Positions 17,867-26,336 of a stretch of 34,227 bases of DNA are shown here, piece after piece (position 1 is the stretch's first letter; each line of letters begins with the position of its first letter). The stretch covers positions 1 to 34,227 of the forward strand of contig JBDRKX010000095.1 of the NCBI GenBank assembly GCA_043813605.1, in the 5' to 3' direction. The position numbers were made by a program, and so were the translations under genes. Origin of the DNA: Elusimicrobiota bacterium (lineage in GTDB: Bacteria; CG03; SLGR01; JBDRKX01). The notes below the pieces were generated by a model. The model saw only the letters and a program-made list of their open reading frames with translations, did not search any database and was not told the origin of the DNA.

Positions 17867-20800
17867 TCAATCATAATAATATTCTTTTTCACCGCCGGCC
17901 GTATCGCATGTGCTTTCCTTTATAAACCTGGAAGGTATATGCCACCTGCTCTGGCCGTAAAGCATCCTTTGAGATGCTGAAGTGAGATAGAGGTATTCCT
18001 GCGCCCTGGTCATCCCCACATAACAGAGCCGGCGCTCTTCTTCCATCTGCGCCGGATCCTTAAGCGCATCATAGTGGGGGAAAAGTTCTTCTTCCAGGCC
18101 GGTCAGGAACACTACCGGGAACTCGAGCCCTTTTGCAAGGTGTATTGTCATCAGAGTGACATAATCCTCGTCTTCCGACCATGTCTCGGTATCAGTGAGC
18201 AATGATATCTCATTCAGTATTTCACTTACGGATTTTTCGCTGTTTTCGTCTTCGGCAAACGCCGATACGAGTTCCTCTATGTTCTCCAGACGGCTGCGGG
18301 CCTGTATATCATCATCTTCCTTGAGTACCCTGTGGTACCCGGAAAGTTCTATTATTTCTTTTGCCAGCAGCGCCGCATCATTCAGCTCGAAAGTTTCTTC
18401 CAGCCTGTTAAAAAGCATTTTCAGAGGTTTAAGTTTTTTTCTTAAGTTCTCAGGGATATTCTCGCTGCCTTCTGTTACCAGGCGATAGAGCGGCCTTCTT
18501 TCAAGAGCTGCCAGCCGCTTCAATTCGTTTAAAGTCTCCTTCCCTATTCCTCTTACCGGGCGGTTGATTATCCTCAACATGCTGACATCGTCGTATGGAT
18601 TAACAAGGACCTTCATATAGGCGATTATATCCTTTATCTCTTTGCGTTCATAGAATTTTACTCCGCCTATTATCCTGTAATTCAATCCGGATGCCCTGAG
18701 AACGTCTTCAAAGGACCGAGATTGCGCATTTACCCTGTAAAAAACAGCCGCATCACTGGCATTAAATGATTCGCATTCAATAAGCCTTTTGATCTCTGCT
18801 ACCACCCCGAGAGCCTCTTCCCTGTTTGTCAGGAATTCCTGCCATTTGACGGCCTCGCCTTTTTCACGCCTTGTCCAGAGCTTTTTTTGCTTTCTGGAAG
18901 TATTGTTCTTTATCACGCTATGCGCAGCATCCAGTATATTCTGGGTTGACCGGTAATTCTCTTCAAGTTTCACCGTTTTCGCGGACTTGAAGTTTTTTTC
19001 GAATTCAAGGATATTCCTTATGTCCGCTCCCCTCCAACTATAAATAGAATTATGCACTAATAATCCTTCGGCTACATAATTACGCAGGTCCGGCACTGAT
19101 ATATCATATACATATCCATCATAATCTTTTACTTCAATCCGGGTTACCGTGTCTTCCGTTACCCGTCCATTATCAATAACAGGGACCATCATACCTTCAT
19201 GCAAATGAGATGCAGGCATATATAAGAACGGTTTCCCGGCAGTCAAGCGGGCTTTCTTTACCAGATCCACATCACCAGCTTCTGCAAGCTCTTTCATAAA
19301 TTCTATTGCATTGTTATAATTCTTACGCGACGTTTCGACTCTCCAGGTGCCTTTTTGACCTGACCTCGTATTAAATCCCATTCTCTCCACTTCTCTGCGC
19401 AGTTTTATATTGGATGTATTCAACTGTATCCTGTGCGCATGCCACGGCCGGGCCACTGTACAGCGGTCTTCACCGAACATAGTGAAATTTATAATCTTCC
19501 TGTCTATGTGCCTGTTAATATATCCAGCGGAGCATAAATGCGGGTATAATGGATCGATCATCTCATCACACATAAGTTCTGCAGCCCTCCGGTATGTGTC
19601 TATACTGTCAAACAGGCTCTTAATATCTTCATGGTCCAGCGCCATATTTCTTCCTTTTGAATGAAACACATATGTTGGTATACCATATTTAACTGAATAA
19701 TACTGTTCATAATACAGTGCCTTTTTATGTGTATCACATGTTTTTATTATCCATAACTTATCGGCATTTTCCTGGTTCAATCTGACCATAAGCCCTAACA
19801 CGACATTATTGGACGCCCTTTTACTGCGTACTCCCTGTGTTATTCCTATTCTGAATCCCAAATCCTTTTTATACATGAGATACACGTAATAAACTCCAGA
19901 TCGAGGTTTTAACCTTGCAAACAGCATATGGTTGGGCGTAACATTCAGTTTATTTCCTTTTCTGGTAGTGATCCCGATTATTTTCCCGCTGTATTTTCTC
20001 CTGGAGATCCTGTCGCATCTGCTGACATATAATTTTCCCCAACCGGATGCGCCTGCAATAGTGTCTCCTTTTTTTAGTTTCTCTACCGGCACATGCCCTG
20101 TTGGGCTGCCTATATTAGTCCCTTCTGCCAGGCATTGATCATCGTCGCCAACCACACATATATTGTTATGCGGAGGAGCAAGAAGTTTCAGCAGCGTGTA
20201 CTGGGCATAATTGGTATCCTGGTATTCGTCAACAAGTATATACCGGAACCTCTGCCTGTATTTTTCCAGTATTTCAGGTTTCCTTTTAAAGAGCCTTATA
20301 GGCTCGACAAGAAGATCAGCAAAATCATATCCGGAATTAAAATCCAGTATCTTCTGGTACATCCCGTATATCCTGCTTATTGTATGTTTCCTGTTATCCG
20401 AATAAGCTGCCGCGTTTATAGCGTAGCTCTCTGTATCAATGAGGTTATTCTTTGCGTTGGATATTATCTCTTTTATGTGCGGCGGCGGGTATTTCTTTGG
20501 ATCAATATCAAGTTTTTCCATCGCTTCCTTGATAACAACTGTCTGATCGTGTTCGTCATAAACTGTAAAATCCTTGCCGCCGTCGTCCCTGAGTATCCTG
20601 AGTCCGAGTGAATGGAACGTGGATATCCAGACACTCATTCCCTCGGACCCGGCAAGTTTCCTGACCCTGTTCTTCATCTCTTCTGCAGCTTTATTTGTAA
20701 ATGTGACCGCCAGTATATTGAACGGAGACACCCCCTTTTCTATGAGCATCGATATACGGTGCGTTATCACCATTGTCTTTCCGCTGCCCGCGCCGGCAAA

Positions 20801-20890
20801 TACCAGTAACGGGCCCTCTGTGGCTTCTACCGCTTCTTTCTGCGGCTTGTTCAGCTTTTCTCTCTGTTTTTTCCTGTATTCCCTGTGCAT
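17867..20890 (-). CDS. pcrA: PcrA/UvrD ATP-dependent DNA helicase precursor containing an intein
   Basis: AGAGSGKT, AVTFTNKAA, VDEYQDTN, VVGDDDQ|intein|SIYSWRGA, LEENYRST, MTIHLAKGLEFP, EERRLCYVGMTRA; 645 aa after splicing. Confidence 0.95.
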   Translation of the reverse strand: MHREYRKKQREKLNKPQKEAVEATEGPLLVFAGAGSGKTMVITHRISMLIEKGVSPFNILAVTFTNKAAEEMKNRVRKLAGSEGMSVWISTFHSLGLRILRDDGGKDFTVYDEHDQTVVIKEAMEKLDIDPKKYPPPHIKEIISNAKNNLIDTESYAINAAAYSDNRKHTISRIYGMYQKILDFNSGYDFADLLVEPIRLFKRKPEILEKYRQRFRYILVDEYQDTNYAQYTLLKLLAPPHNNICVVGDDDQCLAEGTNIGSPTGHVPVEKLKKGDTIAGASGWGKLYVSRCDRISRRKYSGKIIGITTRKGNKLNVTPNHMLFARLKPRSGVYYVYLMYKKDLGFRIGITQGVRSKRASNNVVLGLMVRLNQENADKLWIIKTCDTHKKALYYEQYYSVKYGIPTYVFHSKGRNMALDHEDIKSLFDSIDTYRRAAELMCDEMIDPLYPHLCSAGYINRHIDRKIINFTMFGEDRCTVARPWHAHRIQLNTSNIKLRREVERMGFNTRSGQKGTWRVETSRKNYNNAIEFMKELAEAGDVDLVKKARLTAGKPFLYMPASHLHEGMMVPVIDNGRVTEDTVTRIEVKDYDGYVYDISVPDLRNYVAEGLLVHNSIYSWRGADIRNILEFEKNFKSAKTVKLEENYRSTQNILDAAHSVIKNNTSRKQKKLWTRREKGEAVKWQEFLTNREEALGVVAEIKRLIECESFNASDAAVFYRVNAQSRSFEDVLRASGLNYRIIGGVKFYERKEIKDIIAYMKVLVNPYDDVSMLRIINRPVRGIGKETLNELKRLAALERRPLYRLVTEGSENIPENLRKKLKPLKMLFNRLEETFELNDAALLAKEIIELSGYHRVLKEDDDIQARSRLENIEELVSAFAEDENSEKSVSEILNEISLLTDTETWSEDEDYVTLMTIHLAKGLEFPVVFLTGLEEELFPHYDALKDPAQMEEERRLCYVGMTRAQEYLYLTSASQRMLYGQSRWHIPSRFIKESTCDTAGGEKEYYYD
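19049..20134 (-). mobile_element. Intein (362 aa) inserted in helicase motif III
   Basis: Starts CLAEGT, block B VTPNHMLF, ends VYDISVPDLRNYVAEGLLVHN followed by Ser; splits GDDDQ/SIY. Confidence 0.95.
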
Positions 20891-20892
20891 TT

Positions 20893-22023
20893 TCAGTTTA
20901 CCGGTTCCATTTCTACCACTGTCTCAAGGTGCGGGGTGTGAACGAACTGGTCTATTCCTGATGCACTGATTATATTCCACCCGGTATTGTTCCTTATATA
21001 ATCGATATCTTCCTTCAGGTTTTTCAGACTGCAGCAGACATATATTATCTTTTTTACTGTTTTTGTTTCCTCGGAGAGTCTTGCCAGGTGTTTCCATATC
21101 CTGTAGCTTATCCCGCCGCGCGGAGGATCCAGGATAATATAGTCATAAGAACTGTTAAGTAAAGACAGGAAACTCTTGACCGTGCTTTCCCTGAACTCTA
21201 TCTTTCCGGGAGACTTCAGTTTTTCCAGATTCCTGTTTGCGTTTTCTATGCATGAAGGAAAACTGTCTATTCCCAGTATTTCCCTGTCTTTGTCAGCAAT
21301 ATAGAGCGCAATGGAACCTATTCCGGTGTAAAGATCAAGTATCCTTCCGGCAGCGATCTTTGAAGATATAAGCGAATACATATTCTCTATCTGGTATGAA
21401 TTGGGCTGAAAAAATGAATAAGGAGAGATATCCAGTTTAATATTGCCTATCTTCATTGCTATTGTCCCGCTGCCCGCAGCGACTGAATAGTCGTCAGTAA
21501 GCGCAGAATCGCCCGTTTTGTGCCTTTTAGAGACTATAACTGAAACAGCGCCCGGCAGCGATTTTTTTACCATTTCCGCCCACTCTCCGCTATGATCAAA
21601 GGAATCACCGTCTACCACCAGGTTTACCATGATCTCCCCGCTGAACTTGCTTTCCCTGACGATCAGGTAACGCAACACGCCTGTCTTCTTTCTCCTGGAA
21701 TAATACGGTATAGAGTATCTGTCAGCAAACCCCCTGACATCTTCCAGAAAACCGCCGATCCAGTCTGAAAACACGGGGCATTCCTTTATATCGACCACAT
21801 TATCGAACCTGCCTTTAGGATGGAGCCCGAGGTTCTCCCCTTCAAACGAATATTCCATCTTATTCCGGAATCCGAAGATCTCCGGTGATTCTATTATATC
21901 TACCGTATCACAGCCGGTGATGGAGATGAGCTTCTTTCTCTTTTCTTCCACCTGTTCCCCGTAGGCAACATCCTGAATACTGCACCCGCCGCAATCCTCA
22001 AAATGCCTGCAAAGAGCTTTCAT
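20893..22023 (-). CDS. RlmD/RumA-like RNA (uracil-5)-methyltransferase lacking the TRAM domain
   Basis: CRHFEDCGGC Fe-S motif, RNKMEYSF, SFFQPN, LDLYTGIGSI, LDPPR, YVCC, DQFVHTPHLETV. Confidence 0.88.
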   Translation of the reverse strand: MKALCRHFEDCGGCSIQDVAYGEQVEEKRKKLISITGCDTVDIIESPEIFGFRNKMEYSFEGENLGLHPKGRFDNVVDIKECPVFSDWIGGFLEDVRGFADRYSIPYYSRRKKTGVLRYLIVRESKFSGEIMVNLVVDGDSFDHSGEWAEMVKKSLPGAVSVIVSKRHKTGDSALTDDYSVAAGSGTIAMKIGNIKLDISPYSFFQPNSYQIENMYSLISSKIAAGRILDLYTGIGSIALYIADKDREILGIDSFPSCIENANRNLEKLKSPGKIEFRESTVKSFLSLLNSSYDYIILDPPRGGISYRIWKHLARLSEETKTVKKIIYVCCSLKNLKEDIDYIRNNTGWNIISASGIDQFVHTPHLETVVEMEPVN

Positions 22024-22871
22024 ACTATCAATACCGGGCTGCCTTCTTCTACACCTATGCTCCTGGCAACCACGTCACATTTCGCCCGGAGTAAAAAGAC
22101 AGTGTTTTTCATACCCGCGTCATTGAGTATCTCGTAGTTGGCCTGTCCTTTGGAGATTATCAGATCGGCCTGCCCGATCAGCCTGCTTATATCCCCGGGC
22201 ATGCCTTTGAGTTTGAATCCCACAGTATCCGGGTATTCTATTATCTCGAACTCGGCATCCATCCCGAAATAAAGGGCGTCTTCAAGGAGCGCGTCGTTTA
22301 TAAGGGGCGTGGACTTGACGAGCACGGATATCCTGCATGCCGGGTTAAGCTGTTTTATCCGGGCCAGGAGGAGCGCATCGAGGCCGATCTCGCCCGCGTT
22401 ATCCGCGATAAAGACCGTTTTCATGCTCGAAGCGGCCATACGCCTGAACTTTTCAGTCTTTTCCCTGTCTATATCGGTTGCCGATTCCTCCCTGATAAGT
22501 TTTTCGATATCGAAATCATCAAGTATGCCGTAGTCTATTATGTTCCCGCACAGGGATATCTTTACAGCTTCAGCAAAAGGATCTGCTGAAGAACTTATTA
22601 TGCCCCTTACAGTATCGAGCAGCCCTGCTACTGTTTCGTTTGATTTCTTCTTCAGTTCCTTATAGGCGTCAGGATTTCCCGTGACATCTATTATTATCTT
22701 GAATAGGTCTGTCGCTATCTCCGGCGGCGTATCTTCCGGATCTAAATCCGACAGGCTCCGGGCCGCTTTTTTTACGGCTTTAAGCTGCAGTCCGGGGTCT
22801 GCCGTCGACAATGCCGCGGCTTTGACCGCCTGCTGCATGAAACAGGTCATACATTTTAAGTCCATCTTCAT
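22020..22871 (-). CDS. DUF89/ARMT1-like damage-control phosphatase
   Basis: CMTCFMQQA, GNIIDYG, DNAGEIGLD, INDA, ISKGQANYE, AKC motifs. Confidence 0.9.
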   Translation of the reverse strand: MKMDLKCMTCFMQQAVKAAALSTADPGLQLKAVKKAARSLSDLDPEDTPPEIATDLFKIIIDVTGNPDAYKELKKKSNETVAGLLDTVRGIISSSADPFAEAVKISLCGNIIDYGILDDFDIEKLIREESATDIDREKTEKFRRMAASSMKTVFIADNAGEIGLDALLLARIKQLNPACRISVLVKSTPLINDALLEDALYFGMDAEFEIIEYPDTVGFKLKGMPGDISRLIGQADLIISKGQANYEILNDAGMKNTVFLLRAKCDVVARSIGVEEGSPVLIV

Positions 22872-22876
22872 TACAA

Positions 22877-23074
22877 AGCTATAAGCTTTAAGCTATAAGC
22901 CTTAAGCTTTTCAAACCCTTTTATATATTTCAAATAATAAATACAAAATGTAATATATTCTCTACCCATAACCATTTGTTTAGTTTCCTATTATTCTTAA
23001 AAATTATCTTCCTATTATTTTTTATTATTTTGTACTTAAAGCTTACCACTTACAGCTTAAAGCTTACGGCTTAT
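22877..23074. repeat. Intergenic inverted heptamer-array element with AT-rich core
   Basis: AGCTATA AGCTTTA AGCTATA AGCCTTA AGC (22877-22908) opposite CTTAAAG CTTACCA CTTACAG CTTAAAG CTTACGG CTTAT (23035-23074). Confidence 0.85.
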
Positions 23075-23076
23075 AT

Positions 23077-24807
23077 CTATTGAACCATCTTCTCCAGCAT
23101 TATCTTGGCCTTGTGATTATCCGGTTCGAGCTGGAGCACTGCATTGAATTCCTCTGCAGCCGGCTTCAGTCTCCCCTGGTAGTAATATATGAAACCAAGG
23201 TTAAAATGAGCATCCGTAAGGCCCGGATTCCTTCTAACCGCTTCAGTATAGTATTTTTCCGCCAGTCCTGCATTCCCCATAGTATAATAGATATTTCCCA
23301 GGTTGTTATACGCCCCGACACGCGAGCTGTCAAGTGAAATGGTCTTTTGGAAATTTATAATGGCATTCTTGAAATCTTTTTTCTTCGCCTGCTCCCATCC
23401 CAGTTCATAATATGTACTGGCTTTCTGCGGGTTTTCCCTGATCTCTTTCATAAGTTCTTCCTGGTCATACTCTTCAGAAAGATCAAAGAAATCAACGTCT
23501 TTTGCCAGTTTTTTCTGTAGTAAAACAGGTTCCACGGCAATTCTGGCTGCAAAAAAAAGACCCGCAAAGAAAAGCCCTGACAATAACGCCTTTTTCGGAT
23601 TAAAAGCCAGGCTTTTTTTCCCGGTGCCGGCCGGAGGAACAAGCGCCATTCCCATCAATGCGAAGGCCCATATACTTGAAACGGCGAACCTCATATTAAC
23701 AGAGAAAGCGCTGTGTATGAGCACTGCTGTTGCGCCGAATACGGCGCCATAACTCATTATACCGGGTTTCTTTGTGGTAAAAAATTTCCTGTAATAAATG
23801 AAAAGAAACCATAAATATATACCGAAACCGGTTATTCCTGTCTCGGCCAGTACTTCAAGGAACTCGTTATGAGCATAATTCACTATAAATTTTCCTTTCG
23901 GAAGTTTCTCAAGCAGCTGGGCTGACGCATATTCGGGAAAAACACTGTGGAATTCCCCTAATCCCACACCGGATACAGGGAATTCTGCCGACATCTTCAG
24001 CGTATCCCTCCATATCATAAGCCTTTCTGTCGCTCTCATCCATTTAGCCCTTGTAAACCATCCGAAAACCAGAAAAAACAAAAGAGTGATGAGAAGAACC
24101 TTCTTTTTGTCCCGGACCCGGATAAACATCCATAGAACAAGCGCGATCGACAATCCAAGCCAGGCACCGCGGGTGGCGGTATAATAAAGAGCGATTATCG
24201 ATGTCGTTAACATGAGTAATTTCCATAACTTTTTCCTGTCCATAAAAGATGCTATTGCCAACGGAATAAGCCCGGCAAGAAAAGACGCGAAAAAATTCGG
24301 GTTACCGAATGTTGAAAAGACCCTCGTCATTCTGGGAACCCGGATCATGCCTATACCGCCATTCCGCTGCAGCAGGCCGTATATTCCGGCAAACCAGCCC
24401 GCTATCAGCAGATAATCCATCAGCCTGTGCCTGTGCGCCGCAGGGAAAAACCTGAATGAAAGAAAGAACACCAGGCAGCTGAAAAAGATCCTCTGCCACT
24501 GGCTGAATGCCAGCGGCCTGTTATGTGAAAACAGATAGAAAAAAGTGAATACAGTTCCAAGAGAAACGAGCGGTACGAGCAGGCTGTCACGCATAAGTTC
24601 CCCTATACTGTCGATATCACGCCAGAACCATAGTCCGGTGAGCAGAAGGATGGAGAGTTCCATGCCTATCAGTTTATACCTTGTATGTTTTACATCGACA
24701 AGTATTGTCAGGGAAAAGATAAAAGCAAGCCAGAGGAAAACCGCTATCAGAGTGGCTGTATCACTGCCGGATTTTTTCACGCTTGCTGACGATCCGGTCA
24801 AGCGCAT
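23077..24807 (-). CDS. O-antigen ligase-like (Wzy_C) membrane protein with C-terminal TPRs
   Basis: Many TM segments; RVFSTFGNPNFFA, TATRGAWLG, R..IW...P.SGVGLG, AHNEFLEVLAETG; TPR tail. Start placed at ATG 24807 to avoid overlap with degP. Confidence 0.88.
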   Translation of the reverse strand: MRLTGSSASVKKSGSDTATLIAVFLWLAFIFSLTILVDVKHTRYKLIGMELSILLLTGLWFWRDIDSIGELMRDSLLVPLVSLGTVFTFFYLFSHNRPLAFSQWQRIFFSCLVFFLSFRFFPAAHRHRLMDYLLIAGWFAGIYGLLQRNGGIGMIRVPRMTRVFSTFGNPNFFASFLAGLIPLAIASFMDRKKLWKLLMLTTSIIALYYTATRGAWLGLSIALVLWMFIRVRDKKKVLLITLLFFLVFGWFTRAKWMRATERLMIWRDTLKMSAEFPVSGVGLGEFHSVFPEYASAQLLEKLPKGKFIVNYAHNEFLEVLAETGITGFGIYLWFLFIYYRKFFTTKKPGIMSYGAVFGATAVLIHSAFSVNMRFAVSSIWAFALMGMALVPPAGTGKKSLAFNPKKALLSGLFFAGLFFAARIAVEPVLLQKKLAKDVDFFDLSEEYDQEELMKEIRENPQKASTYYELGWEQAKKKDFKNAIINFQKTISLDSSRVGAYNNLGNIYYTMGNAGLAEKYYTEAVRRNPGLTDAHFNLGFIYYYQGRLKPAAEEFNAVLQLEPDNHKAKIMLEKMVQ

Positions 24808-24811
24808 CAAT

Positions 24812-26326
24812 CTATCTGGATTTCTGGTATGAGAGGTACATGGGCCGCCCATTCCTGATGACATCAAATACAATCCCTTTTTTTAGATTCAGTTTTTTCA
24901 GCGCATTTTCAAAATCTCCGGCTTTTTCGAGTTTTATATTATCAATACCGATTATAATATCCCCTACCATGAGCCCGCTATCGAAACATTCCCCGGCCGG
25001 GTCTATATCCGTGACAATAACTCCCGCCGGTACTGTTATACCGTAATATTCCCGTATATCCGGAGTCAGTTCTGTGACTCCTATACCCCGGCATCTTATT
25101 TCGCCGCTTTTGTTCTTTTTCTTTTTTTCTGCGGGAACAGCCTCGTCTTCAACCGGCATTGTCCCCAGTTCTATTTTCAGGATACTTGTTTTACCTTCCC
25201 TGACAACTTCCATAACCGCTTCGCTGCCGGGTTTTTTCGAAGATACCACATCCTGGAGCTCCCTGGAATTCTCTATAATCTTACCGTCGACAGATATGAT
25301 GACATCGCCCCTTTTCAAACCGCCCGACTCAGCAGGAGAACCTTCGAGCACCATATTCACCAGCGCGCCCTTTGTATCATTCAGACCAAAAGAACTCTTC
25401 AGAATGTCATCCACATCCATTATAGCAGCGCCCAGCCAGCCTCTTATTACTGTCCCCTTTTCCATAAGCTCACCGAGTATTTTTTTAGCCTGGTTTATCG
25501 GTATTGCGAAACCTATACCGGTAAATACACCCGTAGGGCCGAATACAGCTGTGTTTATCCCTATTACACTGCCCGTAAGGTCGAGCAGCGGACCGCCGGA
25601 GTTTCCCCTGTTTATCGATGCATCCGTCTGGAGCATATCCCGGTATGTCGTGTTTTCAATATGAACGTCCTGCCTGACAGCACTTACTATCCCGGCAGTA
25701 AATGTCTGCTGCAGCCCGAAAGGACTGCCTGCCGCCACGACCCACGAACCTATTTTGACTTTATCCGAATCTCCCATACTAAGAGCATTGAATCTGCCCG
25801 GAGAATTTATTTTTACAACAGCAAGATCTGTTTTGGCATCCCTGCCTATGAGCAGAGCGTCATATTTTTTATCGTCGTATGTCGTGACTTCGATCTCTTC
25901 TGCGCCCTTTATAACATGATAGTTGGTAAGAATATAACCTGCAGGATCAACTATAAATCCTGAGCCCGTACCCTCGTGTTTAAATTCCTCTGTTTCCTGT
26001 TCGGGGAATTCTTTTCTTTTAGGCCTGCCGAAAATACCTCCGAAGAACTCGTCAAGCGGATCCCCGAAATAAAACTTATGAAACGGTGTGGGCACTTCAA
26101 CCATGCGGACAGCGCTTATATTAACCAGCGAAGGCCGGCAATGCTCGACGACACTTGTAAAAGAATCCTGAAAACTGCTCATCAAGAGCTGGGGATCTTT
26201 ACCGGAGTCATCTTTTTTGGAAAAGCAGGGTATAGGGCCCGTATTGGACAGCCTGTCGGCATATGTTCCAAGCAGTATGCCCCCTATAAGGATTATCACT
26301 AACATGAAAAATACTTTTTTATCCAT
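24812..26326 (-). CDS. degP: DegP/DegQ (HtrA) serine protease with two PDZ domains
   Basis: GSGFIV, LTNYHV, DLAVVKI, QTDASINRGNSGGPL, two PDZ domains. Confidence 0.93.
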   Translation of the reverse strand: MDKKVFFMLVIILIGGILLGTYADRLSNTGPIPCFSKKDDSGKDPQLLMSSFQDSFTSVVEHCRPSLVNISAVRMVEVPTPFHKFYFGDPLDEFFGGIFGRPKRKEFPEQETEEFKHEGTGSGFIVDPAGYILTNYHVIKGAEEIEVTTYDDKKYDALLIGRDAKTDLAVVKINSPGRFNALSMGDSDKVKIGSWVVAAGSPFGLQQTFTAGIVSAVRQDVHIENTTYRDMLQTDASINRGNSGGPLLDLTGSVIGINTAVFGPTGVFTGIGFAIPINQAKKILGELMEKGTVIRGWLGAAIMDVDDILKSSFGLNDTKGALVNMVLEGSPAESGGLKRGDVIISVDGKIIENSRELQDVVSSKKPGSEAVMEVVREGKTSILKIELGTMPVEDEAVPAEKKKKNKSGEIRCRGIGVTELTPDIREYYGITVPAGVIVTDIDPAGECFDSGLMVGDIIIGIDNIKLEKAGDFENALKKLNLKKGIVFDVIRNGRPMYLSYQKSR

Positions 26327-26336
26327 ATCTGATACT

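Noticed and set aside
24808..24873. N-terminal extension of the O-antigen ligase-like ORF
   Set aside because: It overlaps the degP 3' end; ATG 24807 just after the degP stop is more plausible.
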